This document shows positions 26,433-40,898 of a DNA stretch of 64,000 nt, in pieces. The notes below the pieces were generated by a model, which made no database searches, had not been told where the DNA came from, and was given only the letters and a program-made list of their open reading frames with translations. Each line of letters opens with the position of its first letter. Position 1 is the first letter of the stretch. Position numbers and translations under genes: made by a program. Source of the stretch: Ramazzottius varieornatus (Eukaryota > Animalia > Tardigrada); the NCBI GenBank assembly GCA_001949185.1, contig BDGG01000004.1:2009620-2073619 (forward strand), given 5' to 3'.

Positions 26433-28153
26433 CTAGTAATTGCTTCCATGTTTTCCTGACCCGAGCCTGTAACGAAAAGCAAAAGTTTACACTCTATTCC
26501 GCCAACTGACAAGCTAAGATTCGCAATTACTGACATGATGGAAAATTCGCGCTCACCTTGACGGATCTTGAGAAGGATAGTAAATTCCGTGAGGACCGCC
26601 AGCTGAAAGTTGAGGTGCGGCATTGAAACCAGGCTGCTCCAGTATCTTGTCAGGTGCAGGTAGTGCCCCAGGAAGTCCAGGAACCGGCGCCAAGCGTCTG
26701 CCGGTACCTCCCGGTTCTCCTCCCGCAACTCCAGCCTGTTTGGCTTGAGGCTTCGCCCAGCGGACATTCAGACGAATGCCGTGCAGAACAAGCTACACCA
26801 AAAGATGCTCGTTCAATAAAACGAAATGAACAGCCGGTTGAGATTAGGTGGAGTAGTACATCGTACCTTGTTGAAGGACAGATCTGCGGCTATTTCAGCA
26901 GCTTGACGGGTGGTGTATTCAACAAAGGCACAGTGCTGCTTGTAAACCATCTTCACGTTCCTGATTTCGCCAAATTGATAAAAGTGATCCCTACAGAAAC
27001 AAGCAAAAAGGTGGTGTCAATTTCGTTCGAGAAGGAAAGCATGTGAAAATCTTCCGTAAATCAATGATTATGAAGGATTTACATACCGCAGATCCTTCTC
27101 TGTTATGGGTTCGACCACACCTCCAATATAAAGCGTGGTGATGGCCATATCTTCGGGGTTCTCCAGCTTCGGCAGTCGACTTAGCTTGCCCATAAGCTTG
27201 TTGGCGACGGGGTCGTTCGTACCGTGATAACGATCCTTGATGTTCTGCGAGGAGAGGGGATCGTCTGGATCGGTTGGCTTCTCGTGGCGGTATGGGCACT
27301 CTTCACCACGCTTGCACTCTCCCTTCAGGTAGAAGGTGCAGACATGAGGAGCGTTTCTTTTGTAGTACGGTTCGTTCCGTCGTAGCCGCTTGAGAGTATC
27401 GTTCTGTGCAGCGGTGTAGCCAACGAGTTCCAGCCCCGACACTGAAGGTCCGGCTTGTGCGAGCTAGAAACATGGATTAACGCGGTACTTCAGTCCAATT
27501 CACTCGATCCCACCCGGAAAAAAAGTTACATAATTGTCCAATTACCGCTCCTTCCATGTTCTGTGTATAGTATTCCCTGTTCACCAGCGACTTAGGAACG
27601 TCGTGTTTCTGTCCCAGGACGGAGTCACGAAGCTGGACAGGAAGACCTATAAGGGAAGAACGCTCTATCTGGATAATTTGTTGTTATCTAAGAGCGGCCT
27701 GGTCAATCAGGCAAACAAGCGATAAGATCAGTTGTCTCCCACAACCATTACAATCACGTTCACGTACCATATTCCAGATCCAAAAGACATGTCTGGCAGA
27801 CATTCTTCATCTTGGCACACGTCTGACAGACGATGGTTGTTTTATAGCGCATTCCTTTCCCGGGACACCATCGAAAGACACAGTACGGCCGCGTACAGAT
27901 GTTACATTCACTGCCGTAGGATTCTTTGGTCATCCGCAGATAAGGATTGTCTCCCAAGCATGTTTCGCACAGGATTGGAAACTCCGCATCCTCCCATGAC
28001 CTAACAAACAAAGACACTTGTTATCTAGCTCTAGCCTGAGAGTCTCAACAGAGTTGCACAGAACCTTTAGGTACTTCGCGGTACTAAGTCTTATAACTGT
28101 AACATCCGTACTTACATTCGGTTGTACGGATTATTCCCCAAAGATAGCGTCAT
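26433..28153 (-). CDS. RBM22: Pre-mRNA splicing factor RBM22 (Ecm2/Cwc2-like; zinc fingers + RRM)
   Basis: [12 protein letters not shown]|[85 protein letters not shown]-terminal [11 protein letters not shown]. Confidence 0.96.
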
Positions 28154-28650
28154 GGTTCCAGATGGTCGATAAAACTTGACAACCAGTACGTTCAATGCTT
28201 CTCCCCAATCTCCGAGCTTAGTCAGAACGGATTTCGAGAAGAACAAGCCGAAGTAAACGGGAGGAAGATGGGCCGAAGATTCTGAAGAAAGAAAGGAATA
28301 AATTGCAGTTTACGAAAACGTTTCCGTCTTACCTCGACGGCTCGCTATGCAACATAAATCTTATTGACGTCAACCGGATACCTTTAGTCTTGATTCATCG
28401 ATTGGTAATTTACTCTCAGCATTGATTTTACGACGAGTTCCACAGTTCAGCGTGCCACTTCACGTCAGGAAACGTACTCGCAATTACACTGCTGTTTTCG
28501 ACAATTTCTAAATCCTTGAATCGTATTATAGCTTCTCTTTCGCTCTTCCTGTCATTTGTTGCTTCGTTTTTTTACCCATTCTGCGAGTGCTTGCAGGTTA
28601 TTTCGTCGGCGGGAATCGTAGAACCTTCGGGAAACTTGCTGTGGAGCGGC

Positions 28651-29686
28651 ATGTCTTTCCGCGGACGCTCGCGCGGTGGAGGTAGAGGTGATCTTGGTGG
28701 CGGTGGACGTGGCGGAGGGAGATTCCGTGGGAGAGGTGGTTTCGGTGGCCGTGGAGGAGGTGGAGATCGTGGCTATGATGCTCCTCCAGAATCCGTTATG
28801 GGTATGTTGGCTAGAAATGCTTGTCTGGAACATAATTTATCGTAATCCGCGTGTCAACCAGTGGCTTACCGGATGCCCATTGCCGCGGTTTGAGCAATGT
28901 CGCAATAGCCCTGTGTCCTCGCTGTATAAGTCGAACGTGCTAATTTGATGTTTCAGAATTCGGATCACTGGAACATCCTTGCGAAAACGATTTAGTTCTG
29001 AAGTCGAATCTGGAAAAAGTGCCTTATTTTAACGCCCCCATTTACCTTGAGAACAAAGAACCCATTGGAAAAGTTGACGAGATCTTTGGTCCCATAAGGG
29101 ATTATGTAAGTTATTGTTCCTACTGATTTTCGTAGAGCCCTGTGTAACTACTAAATTTGTACTCCTTATTGTCTTGGTTTTGATGTAGTCTGTGTCAGTG
29201 AAGCTCGGAGAGAATATGAACGCCAATTCCTTCAGCAAGTCAACTAAGGTAAGTGCAACTTTGCTGCTTGGTTTTCACTTTATTGCACTCGTCAAAACTA
29301 TTTCTAGCGCTTTTATCGCAAGTGCATCGCTTATTAGATTTACACCTAGTTTCCTTTATTCGCAGTTCTTTATTGACCCCATGAAGTTACTGCCTTTGGA
29401 AAGGTTCCTGTCCAGTGCACCAAGAGGCAGTTCTCGTGGTGCACGAGGTGGAGGCCGTGGTGGACCGCGCGGCGGGAGAGGAGACTTCCGAGGAAGAGGA
29501 GGTTTTCGTGGCGGGGATCGCGGCGGATTTCGGGGTGGAGATCGTGGAGGATTCCGAGGCGGCGATAGAGGTCGTGGTTTTGGGGATCGTGGAAGAGGAG
29601 TATTTGACCGCGGCGGCGGACGCGGAAGGGGATTTGGAGGCGGGGACCGTGGCGGACCTCCTAACAAGAGATTCAAACCGTACTAG
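28651..29686 (+). CDS. GAR1: H/ACA ribonucleoprotein subunit GAR1
   Basis: [14 protein letters not shown] boxes flank the core [55 protein letters not shown]. The C-terminus has RGGFRGGD repeats. Confidence 0.96.
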
Positions 29687-30165
29687 AGAGCGTGAAAATT
29701 TCTTGAAGTTAACGAACAAGAGTTCGGGCATTTTTTATCGTATTGCCAACAGCTTTGCTCTCGTTTGCTTCCGTCGTTGTGCTATAATGTTACCTATCCG
29801 GGAACGGAACTAACGGTTTGACAGCAACGAGCGACTGGTATTCCAAATGATATACTTTGAAGGAATTTGTAGTCGAGTTTTGTTGACTGGTTACACACTA
29901 GGCTCTCGGTTTATGCTGTTGGGTTGGTCGCCGTTCTGACAAACAGTAATAAGGAAAACGCATATTATTTAGACGCTGAACGATATGTATCGCGATATAA
30001 GGCGAAACGATTAAAGTTGAGATAAAACCACGAATGACACCTCCGTCGAAACGGAGGTAACAAGAATAAAACAGAAGGGCAACAGATTCAAGTCCCATTC
30101 CAAAGTACACTGGATGGAAGAGCAGAAATACAGACTTATGAGCCACATCATTGTTCAAATTTCAA

Positions 30166-31259
30166 TTAAGGCTGCATCCGAAGTGCTCCATCTATCCTCA
30201 CAGTCTCTCCGTTCATGAAAGGATTATCGATCACTGCTTCGACGATTTTGGCAAATTCGTCTGGCATCCCCAAACGGTGCGGAAAAGGTATCGTCGAGGC
30301 CAGAAATGTCCTAACCTTCTCCGGCAAAGCTTGTAAAAGCGGCGTGTCGAACAGACCTGAAAAAATCAGTTCGATTAACTGAACTGTTTAGGCGTCTAGA
30401 CCGATCCATACCAGGTGCAATGGTAACCACCCGAATGCCCTGCGACGCTAGATCTCTGGCCATCGGAAGTGTCATTCCCGCTACAGCAGCCTTGCTGGCG
30501 GAATATGCAATTTGCCCTACTTGTCCTTCAAAGGCTGCTACGCTGGAAGTGTTGACTATTACGCCTCTTCCTCCATCGGCATTGGGTTCGTTCTTCCCAA
30601 TTAAGCCAGCAGCCAGTCTCGACACGTTAAAAGTTCCCACCGCGTTCACCTAGATAATCAAAATATCGCTACCGTTAAAATTACTCCCTGGAACGGCAAA
30701 TTGTCACGATCTTATTAAAGTACAAAGTATATAGTTTTCGACCGCGCTCCTTACAGTTAAGACTTTTATGAAATCCTCCAGCTTATGAGCAGCATCCTTG
30801 TTGAAGTTGTAAGTCTTGAAGGCAACAGCGACGCCGGCACAGTTCACACAGGCATCTAGTCGCCCAAACTTGGATTTTATCTCATCCAAGGCTTTCATAA
30901 CGTCGGCTTCTTTCGTTACCTGTAGTACAGGAAATTGATGTGCCATGGTTTCACAAACAGAGGCAAGGGTACTTCGAAGATGACACTCACGTCGACAGGT
31001 AGAAACAGCGCATTTTCGCCGAGTTCTTTCGCAATTTCTGCACCTTTGGAATTGGGTAGATCTGCAATCGCTACTTTGCCACCGATAGAGAGGAATCGCT
31101 CGACACATCCTTTGCCAAGTCCGGAAGCTCCTCCAGTCACCAACGTCACAAGATTCTATACAAGAGACAGAGAGCCCGCAATTAACGATAAGTCGTAATA
31201 TCGAAACAATCTCTCCACAGTACTGACGCAGTTCTGATCACCTTAACCCCGCCGGACAT
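30166..31259 (-). CDS. HSD17B10: 3-hydroxyacyl-CoA dehydrogenase type 2 (scully/HSD17B10, SDR family)
   Basis: [96 protein letters not shown]. Confidence 0.96.
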
Positions 31260-34127
31260 GCTCTCAGTGATCTCCGCAGCCCGCGTCAAAGCTTCTGCAA
31301 GGTAAAATCACGGTAGCAGGTGTTCTGGAGTTCAGAAATCAGAAGATATATGGGAGGCTTGCTTTTTTCTTCAGTGAACCGCTAGTGGGACAAATGCTGG
31401 GCAATCAAGAATTTTGAGTGTGAGTCGGCTGAATAAAACATAAGTCATGTCATATGACATACGGTCTGTGATACTTTGTATTGTCCTTTGTCTTTGCCTT
31501 GAACGTAGTGATGTTGGCACATATGAGTATTATATTAAATTAGAACTTATTAGATGCTTTCTGCATCTAATATATCATATTAACATTTTGTTGCCGCCGA
31601 TACAGTGTGAGGCTATTACGTAATGCTCGCAGAGCTTAGTGATACAACGTTGCGTGCGACTTGATACCCCATGTTATCCCTTTTCAAACCACTTCAGGTG
31701 GTCTAACATGGGATTTTTGGGCACGAGCTGTCGTTGCAGAGCTGGTTTTGTTCGTAAGTTTGTGTTTGAACCCCTCTGCCGAACTTTGCCCAGTGAAAGG
31801 CAAAGTACAACATTAGTGGAGATGAGCTTGTGAATGGAATGTGACTGAGGAGAAGCGAAAGCAGGTCACAAAAGAAGGAAATAAGGCTATAGCATTGTAT
31901 TCTGAGTCACAAGGAATAGTTCAATGGTTGGCAACTTGGGATACGCGCTGCCATCATCCCAGTTCTCGCTTTCTTTCCTTTTAGCCTTCCTTGGCAGCAA
32001 CAGTACCCGTTAGGGTGCTGCCCCGCGAATATTTCATGCCTCGGCCGAGGTTTGATATTTAGTAGTATTAAATAAGATGAAAGCCAGAGCTAGAATTATC
32101 ATATTAAAATCAAACCGCAGGGCGCTCCGTATTAAGGTTATTAAAATGCGGATTTTAGCTTCAGTTGATTAAAGTAATGCCTGATTTACATCAGCAAAAA
32201 GCGTGAAACTGTGCGCAGTGTGCTGCGTGCCAGTAAATCCTACGCATCAAGCACCTGCGCGTCTGTTACACTCACGAACGTTCGAATGTGGTGACTTGAT
32301 TGAAGCAGCTTATTTCATTTCGGGGACTCACTTGCATACCCGCCATTCACGCTGTAAAAACCGCGTCGCAGCGTGATCCTGCAACACGTCTAGGATGGCT
32401 GCTATCCCAAAAATGCCATCACGGCTTGGAAGAGGGACACCAGGCAGAAGAGACAACAGCCGCTAAAACTGCTGTTATTTGTGACGGTTCCTTGGTGGTA
32501 CTTTCAACTGATGAATCAGGACGTTTTTATTGCTGGATATGGATGAAACTGTATGGCTGGTGAAATTTTCAAGAAAGAAAATTACATTTTCCCGTTGACA
32601 TGTCGATCTGAAAACGACTGAAATATTATATACATTATAATAAGAACCCAGCGACGCAAGTTCATATATTAAAATTATATGAGATGCTCTGTGGTCGGAG
32701 AATCCTAATTTATAATTTTTATATACTGCTATCCATCCATTTTCACTGTACGCTCTGGCATTCGCCGAATTTCGGTCCAAACTGGTTCAAATCTTGCCCG
32801 AAATTCGAAAACGGTGTCCAGATGTTGCTAACGTGGTCGTTATCTTCAGTTTTTTATCTTGCAGTTCTGATTCCGAATTTTTTTGTGCATTTTTATATCG
32901 CCCGTATGTTTTCATAATACAGCTCATTGCTTAGCAAACTAGCAAATACTTGGTGGTTCAAACCTACCCGAATTCCACTTATGTTTGCCTGATCTCGCTC
33001 TTTTTTTTTAAATGATTTAGCAGTGGATCGTAAGTTTCCGAAGTCCACATGTGGATCTGTAGACAGTGATCGATGGGATACACGTTTCGCCAAAACTTGG
33101 TGCAGCACTTTCTCCAAATCCGCGTGATCAAACGAACGAAAATCTCCCCGGTACCCCGTGCGGCAGCACGAACATGCAGCTTTTACATCTGTAAAAAACT
33201 ATAAAAGACTACCGTAGCATTTTTCAAATAAAATTTTTATTCTTGGGAAATGAACCAGCAGTGTTTCAACAGAAGTTCCAAGTGTAAAATCATACAGCGC
33301 ACGCCAAGATTGACCTTGAGAAATGGCGGGGGATGGGGTCGTCTTATTTTAAAGCAGCTCACCATAAAACAGCGTCTGTCCGGTTCCCAAACTTTATTGG
33401 CTGTAGATCGCAGGCACGATCCAACGCCACTCCGAGCTGGCGCACCAGATAATAATTCGTTAGGCTAATAAGAAGTAGAGCTATCAGTTTCTTCCAAAAA
33501 GCTACGCAGAAAACAAAGTCACCGAAGTAGCCAATTGGGTCTTATGAAATATCACCGCACGAAACCGTTGTGATTGTATGAGATTATCGTTTCAAGATTC
33601 ACAAGAGTTTCTGCGGGTTGCTAAAAATCTGAGCTGGAAAGGCACAAAACGGAAAAGGTCGATTAAACCAAATGGCTACTGAAAGTGAATATTCGAGGTA
33701 GAGCAACAATACTATTAAAAACGGAGCAACCTCACAAAAGATCGAAAAGTGGCTGTTCTACTGCGCTTGGTTCCGGGTTTCAAAATATTTTATCTTCAAT
33801 CACGAACCGTCTAAGACGCGACAAAACTTTTTGTTAATTGGACGATATCAGTGGACACTTCGAGAACTTGTTGGGGTGGATAAAAAAACAAAACCAAAGT
33901 TGTCTAATGGTTTCGATCTACGCAGTTTGAGGTTCCCTTGTGAGTGCACGATGTTTGGAAGGAGCCTACGAGGTTTATTCATTCCGAAAAGAGCATAGCT
34001 TTCAATATCTACATTGCCATTCTTTTGCGCTATCCGTTTCCGTTTTTCTACATTATTGACAAGCTGCGAGCGAGCCGAAGGCAAAGCGAACAGCCTGTAT
34101 TGTATTAAAATTATATTAGAACTCTGG

Positions 34128-34568
34128 TAGAGCCCGGAATCTGGCCGCATGCGCTGTACTGCACTGCAGCTGTGCTGTGCTGTGCTGCAGCACAGCTACA
34201 GCGCGTGAACTAACGAAATCTGTGCGGCACAGCACAGCATACAGCAGGAAGCCATAGACTACCGCGCAGATGCACCTACCGGAACCTAACAAGAATTACA
34301 GTTTTTGGGCATTCGAACGTCAGTCGTCTCAGCTTTGCCGTACTTTCGGGTAACGTTCTCCAGGGTGACTACCGATTTCGCTGACTAAATTACAAACCAC
34401 GTCAATACATCGGCGTTCCGCGCAGTTGCACCAGGTCAACGTGCGTCTGCAGCACAGCTGCTTAGCCACTGGGCATGGAAGTTGTGCAGCACAGCGCTGA
34501 GTACAGCGTCCCGGTAATAAGCGCAGCACAGTCACAGTGTACTTTTGGACCAGCGGCCCAGTGCTCTA
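34128..34568. mobile_element. Non-autonomous hAT-type DNA transposon (MITE), 441 bp
   Basis: Termini TAGAGC...GCTCTA are flanked by an exact 8-bp direct repeat AACTCTGG (34120-34127 and 34569-34576). Many subterminal TGTGC/GCACA repeats are present. An 8-bp TSD with TAG termini is typical of hAT elements. Confidence 0.75.
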
Positions 34569-34699
34569 AACTCTGGCAGCCCGGGCTTTCTAAATTAAGA
34601 TTATATCAGGTCGCAATACCCTTAATCCCTTATGCCAACATCACTACTTGAAGGTCAAACGTCCGCATTAACCACGAAGCATTCCAAAACAGAAACTAC

Positions 34700-35270
34700 C
34701 AAGGGATTTACGCCAGTCGGTCCACTCCAACTCTGAACTCGATTCGCTATATGAGTAGATGGAGAGTTCACTGTATATACAGAGGCAGACACCATCGGCG
34801 GAAAAAGTTCCTGGACGCCACTACAGGATTCGGGAACAGAATTACAATGGCCGTACGGCTTCGTCCCAATGACGTAACCAAACCGTTTTGACGTCATGCA
34901 CTTTGATGTGATTCGTGATTGACAAGGAAGCGATCAGCTGATCGGCGAAGAGTTTGTGTGGTGCGCCAGACAACTTGGTGTCTTAGCTGTAGTACTTCAT
35001 GGTGCGCAATTTAGAGCGGCAACGACGTCAAATCCCATTAACTGTTCACCTTATAGTCAGAGAAAAAATTTTAATCAAGAGTATTATGTCATCGCACCAG
35101 ACTTGTACGCTACTGTACGACAATAGTTCCTCTGTTGCCGAATTTCGCAGTGGCGTCCAGGAATTAGTTCCGCCGATACCGTCTGCTCTGTTTCATTGAG
35201 TGAACCCTTTTCTATTTCCCCATCTTTTTGCTTCTAGAGTTGAAGTGGACCGACTGGCGTAAATCCCTTG
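34700..35270. mobile_element. MITE with long (about 130-150 bp) imperfect terminal inverted repeats, CAAGGGATTTACG family
   Basis: CAAGGGATTTACGCCAGTCGGTCCACTCCAACTCT at 34700 matches the reverse complement of AGAGTTGAAGTGGACCGACTGGCGTAAATCCCTTG ending at 35270. Inner arms (ATCGGCGGAA..TTCCTGGACGCCACT / AGTGGCGTCCAGGAA..TTCCGCCGAT) also pair. The termini are the same as the element at 56368-58653. Confidence 0.8.
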
Positions 35271-36139
35271 TAAGTTCTAGAGTCTGGACCACAGGTTCAA
35301 AATACTTTTTCGCACGGAAAAACGTTGAGACGTCGGCAGAACTTTGTTCAGAGTTCCTGCAAGAAGACTTCAAGGTGGGAGAAGCGGAGGAACATTCGCT
35401 GTGTGATACTGCAGGTCAGTTTTCTGGACTTTCTTGTCCTGGAAACGAAACAGTACCGGTAGAGTGTTTTGGAGATCTATCCGGATTCGCTTCTTTCGTT
35501 GATTTTCCTACAGATTCGCTGCTTCGTACTTCACTGGTCAACAAGTAGGACACTGGATAGGGCGTAACTAGCCGAAACCACATCCGGTTGCCACGTGGTC
35601 GTGTGCTTTCTTGAAAGCCGGCACGTGGTCTCATTGACGACTTGTTGCTGAGTGAGTCATCGATGACTACATCGGCCTATCGTACGTGATGATTAATCCA
35701 TTTCGAGAGCACGATGATGAGACAAAGCGCAATGGCAGGCGAGGCAGACCGACGTGCCATCGCGGTTACTGTCCACCAAGAGCCCATTAAACGGCAGCCA
35801 GATAATTTTATGAATCTCTTGAAGTTTCGCGTTTGCACGTCACGGACATTAATAATTTAATCACGATCATGTGTCTGGCAGAATTATGAATCCCTCCAGA
35901 GATCCACAGCGTTGAATTTTCGAAACGTATGTTATGCCGTTTGTTTTCATTGCTGTACAAACGGTTGAAATGAATGGTGGTAACCTGTTAGAGGGTTTAT
36001 TTGTATACGCGTAGGTGAAGCAGGTGTATAATCATAGTGCCTTCCGTTGTTCCAGATGTGGACACCATTCCTTGGCGCATCTGAAGTATAACCTGTGGAT
36101 TACTCTGGTACTCGTACAAAAGAGGAATAATCAATCAAG

Positions 36140-39100
36140 ATGGGTGGACGAGGGGGGAATGTTGGGATGGAACAGCTGATTCCCATCGTCAACAAGCTGC
36201 AAGATGCCTTCACACAACTGGGAATGCCCTTGGCTCTGGATCTGCCACAGATTGCTGTAGTTGGCGGACAAAGTGCTGGGAAGAGTAGCGTGTTGGAGAA
36301 CTTTGTCGGACGAGACTTTCTGCCTCGTGGAGCAGGCATCGTAACGCGAAGGCCGTTAGTCCTGCAGCTGGTCCATTCTAATGTCGAATATGGAGAATTC
36401 CTCCATCAGAAAGGCAGAAAGTACACCGACTTCGACGCCATTCGGAAGGAGATTGAGGATGAGACGGATCGTGTGACGGGCAGCAGGAAGAATATCTCCA
36501 ATTTACCTATCAATCTTCGGGTGTATTCTCCACACGGTAAGGAAGGTTCCATGATGTAATTGCTTATCGATCCTTTGGCGTTTGACACATGTTGCATATA
36601 GTCGATATCTCCCTCCTTGACATTATCTGTTTACAGTGTTAAACTTGACGCTGGTCGATCTGCCGGGAATGACCAAAGTGCCCGTGGGAGATCAGCCACC
36701 TGACATTGAAATACAGATTCGCGAAATGATTTTGGAGTTTGTCCGGAAAGACAACTGCCTCATATTGGCCGTTTCTCCTGCCAATGCTGATTTGGCCAAC
36801 TCGGATGCCTTGAAGATCGCCAAGGAAGTCGATCCTCAAGGTACTTAGAGGCTCTCGATGACAGAAACGGGATCTAAGCAAGCAAACTCAATAAGATCGT
36901 TCTTCCCAGCGGCGCACGTTCCCAGCCAGTAACACCGAGAAAGTGCGCCACTTGGAAAAATTATATTGTCCAGTTTGTTTGCCGAGCTTCCAAATTTGTT
37001 ACTCATGCTGTACCGTATGTGATGAAATTATAGAGGAACACAAAATTCTCCGCATTCCGTTCATTTTTTTTCATTTGCGAAGGTATTCGGACGATCGGTG
37101 TCATCACCAAGCTCGATCTGATGGACGAAGGAACTGACGCTCGTGAGATATTAGAGAACAAGCTGCTACCGTTGCGTCGTGGCTATGTGGGCATTGTCAA
37201 TCGAAGTCAGAAGGATATTGAAGGAAGGAAAGACATCAAGGCAGCTCAAGAAGCCGAGCGACGCTTTTTCCTGAGTCATCCGGCCTACAGGTGCGGGCTT
37301 TTTTCTCGATACGTGGGTGTGGCAGTTATTTCTAACCGCTCCGTTAACCAATAGCTTAAAAAACAACAAAATTATAGTGGGAAAAATCGCTGTTGAAATT
37401 AGCACAGAAATCGATCTAATTAACGATGACATAAGAATGCATAAGACTGACGATGGTTATCTGCTTTTCTCACAGGCATATGGCTAGTCGGATGGGAACT
37501 GCGCACCTTCAGTTGGTGTTGAATCAGCAGCTGACAAATCACATTCGCGAAGTCTTACCCGCTTTGCGCGACCGTCTGCAGAAGCAGGTTTTGTCTATGG
37601 AGAAGGATGTAGAAGAATACAAAAACTTCCGCCCCGATGATCCCTCTAGAAAGACTAAAGCCATGCTGCAGATGATTCAGCACTTCTCCACCGACTTTGA
37701 GCGGTCCATTGAAGGTTCCGGGCATGGTGGGAACGAGACGGTTAACACGACTGAACTGAGCGGTGGTGCTCGTATCAACCGCATCTTCCACGAACGCTTC
37801 CCTTTCGAGATGGTGAAGGTTGAGTATGAAGAGAAGGAGCTACGGCGCGAGATTGCCTTCGCCATTCGTAACATTCACGGTGTTCGTGTGGGTCTGTTCA
37901 CTCCAGATAAGGCCTTTGAACATATTGTCAAGAGACAGATTGTGAAACTGAGGGAACCAGCCATGAAGTGTGTCGACTTGGTCGTCATTGAGCTGTCCAA
38001 CATCCTAAAGAAGATTACGGAAAAGCTGGCGAGGTACCCACGATTGAGGGATGAAATCGATCGGGTGGTAACGACACACATCCGCGAACGCGAGCAGAAC
38101 TCGAAGGACCACATTCAACAGATGATTGACATTGAACTGGCCTATATGAACACCAACCATGAAGACTTCATTGGCTTCACTCGAGCAGCACAAGGTACCG
38201 TATAATCAACCAAAGCAAACCAGAACAGAAACGAGACTATTTCCCACGCCAAGGATGATCAAAAATATCGTTTCTCCAAGTCGCGCACGCTTCCAGCTAG
38301 TGACACAAGAACCGTGCGCCACTGGGAGAAATTATCTTGTTGAGTTTATTTGCCGAGTTCCCATTGCATCGGTTATCCACGGCCGATATACTAGCGAGAG
38401 ATAGATTGAAAAACGATTTGATGTCGAACGAGGAAATATCAAGGAAATAGCTTCGACTTTCCCGTAGGTGCCGCTGATGTGCCACAGAAGCAGAAGTTGG
38501 GTAATCAAGTCATCCGCAAAGGTTGGTTGTCCGTGGCCGGTATGGGTGGCTTCATGCGAGGAGCCAAGGGCTACTGGTTCATCCTGACCAGTGAGAATCT
38601 GTCTTGGTACAAGGACGAAACGGAAAGCGAGAAGAAGTTCATGCTTCCGCTGGAAGGGCTGAAGTTCCGCGACACGGAAACAGGGTTCCTGACACGGAAG
38701 CTGGCCTTTGCCTTGTTCAGCCCGGATGGTCGCAATGTCTTCAAGGACCTCAAACAGCTCGAACTGTCCTGTGAGAACCAGGAAGATGTTGATAGCTGGA
38801 AAGCATCGTTTCTTCGAGCTGGTGTGTACCCGGAGAAGGAGCAACCACAGCACAAAGAAGAGGACGTAAGTGCAAAGTAGCTGAGGCTCGGTAAAGTGAT
38901 GTGGAATAACTGATGGTGCCAAAGATTGAAATTACATTTTACTCTACAATCGCACGGCCGCAGAAGATAATGTTGTTTCATGTGGCTGACCAAAAATTTA
39001 ATATCTGTTCAATCTAAAAGTATTTGCTGGACGTAGATTGACCTATCTTTCCCGTTAATAAGCTAACAAATGTTGTTTCCCTACCAGGAAGAAGAGATGT

Positions 39101-40079
39101 CGGTCGACCCACAGTTGGAGCGGCAAGTGGAGACCATTCGCAATCTGGTCGAATCGTACATGCGAATCGTCAGCAAGAACGTTCGCGACTTGGTGCCGAA
39201 GACCATCATGTACACCATGATCAACGAGACAAAGGAGTTTATCCAGGGTGAGCTGATGGCCGCCATGTACTCTGCTGGTGACCAGTCCACGCTGATGGAA
39301 GAGTCGGCGGAAGAAGCTACACGTCGAGACGAGATGCTGAGAATGTACAACGCCTGCAAGGACGCGCTGAAGATAATCGGAGACGTCACGGTACAGACAG
39401 TGGCCACTCCAGTACCTCCGCCCGTCAACGACGAATGGATAAAGCCCATCGAGAATGGTGGAACTCCTTCACATGGCATAACGAATGGAACCGTGGGCCA
39501 CAGAGCAGGTATGAACACGCCGCAAAGCCGAGGTGAAAACTGCAGAGATTTTCAGCTTGTAATTCTGCTCCTTTTCTATGAGAATAAATGACAGGGCCGT
39601 GCCGGGCACTGACCTGTTCGAGTTCTCGGCATGAATTATTCGTAGAAAAGAGGGCGAAATAAGCTAGCCGAGTAGATTCCCTCTTCGTGCCGTGACTTGA
39701 CTTGAGTTAAAATCAGCTTGACAGTATGACTTTGACAGGCATCGGTATAAGACCTCCACCAGGAGCAAGCACGCCCAGTGTTGCCCGCTCGGCACCGGCA
39801 CCTCCACCGGGTACACTGCAAGGAATTAACCCGGCCTTCAACGGAAGACCTCCAGCTCGGCCTTCGCCCAGCTTCAGTGATGGTAGTGTGGGCATGTCGC
39901 CGGCTTCCAATGGTGCCGCGTGGGGAGGTGGCGGTGGACTGCCGAGCCTGCCACCGCCACTCATTCCCAATCGGCCAGGCGGACAGCCCATGTCCAGCCA
40001 CGGTAGTAACCCCAACATGATGCAGCCACCTCGACTCCCAGACCGTCCTATGATCCCATCACGATCGAACGTCAAGTGA
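36140..40079 (+). CDS. shi: Dynamin (classical; GTPase, middle, PH, GED and PRD domains)
   Basis: [69 protein letters not shown] domain [30 protein letters not shown], and a Pro-rich tail. Confidence 0.98.
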
Positions 40080-40541
40080 GCGCCATTTTCTTTTCCCGGT
40101 TGGTTTATTATTAATCCAGTGAATGCCGCACTGGATGCAGCCTTTTTTTACTGTATACTTAAACGCGGGGCATGTAATTCCTTCTGCTATCTGTGGTAGA
40201 TTGTACTACCAACTGTAGCTCTCATTGTTTAGCGTTTTCTGCAACATGCCCGAATGTTTTTATCGAAAGTTTAATTCATTAGTGATAAGCATAACACCTT
40301 TCGGCTAACTAGTACGAGCTCCACTTCATTATTTATCCCCCGATTTCTAAACGTCATTGTTCTAATGGACCTGTCTATTTACAGTTACACATCTCAGTCC
40401 CGTTCACTACTTTCGATATATATTTTATTGTAAAATATAATGAAACAGACATTCGAAACCGCAGATCATGTGAAGTTTCAACGGATTGGTCGGTAGGTCG
40501 TACAAAAGTTGGCTAAGACTGTCATAAAGCACTCAGGAAGT

Positions 40542-40898
40542 TCAGTATCCTCCTCCGTAGTTGCTGCTGTAGCCGTGGTCAGAGGCAAAGACGGCCTTCG
40601 CGTATCCAGTATCTCCTTGGCCGTACTTGGAGTAGGTGTTGAAGCCTGGGATGCCGTAGTAGAAGTCAAACTTGTCGTAGTATGGGCTGCAAAAAAAGAA
40701 ATCTACATGTAACTTTTACAGCTGAGTACTGCACTTTCGGTCTTCAAAGAGCTCCGCTCATGCTTACCCGTATTTGTTGCCATATCCTCCGTATCCACCT
40801 CCATATGAGTCTCCCCCTCTCTTCACTCGGCTCATGCATTCTGCGAGGCAGACCAAAGCTGCTACGAGGAAAGCGACGAGCAAGATTCGGCTGGCCAT
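40542..40898 (-). CDS. Small secreted Gly/Tyr-rich pro-protein A (2 exons), unknown family
   Basis: MASRILLVAFLVAALVCLAEC-MSRVKR-GGDSYGGGYGGYGNKYG|PYYDKFDFYYGIPGFNTYSKYGQGDTGYAKAVFASDHGYSSNYGGGY*. The GT-AG intron sits at the same position as in paralog B. Confidence 0.85.

Noticed and set aside
29249-29365. Possible H/ACA snoRNA in a GAR1 intron (AAACTA and ACA boxes)
   Set aside because: It is too short, the first hairpin overlaps the splice donor, and there are no convincing upper stems or pseudouridylation pockets.
1-40079. Synaptic theme (unc-13, endophilin, choline transporter-like, dynamin)
   Set aside because: Endophilin B and CTL are not the synaptic paralogs, and the genes are interspersed with unrelated housekeeping genes.
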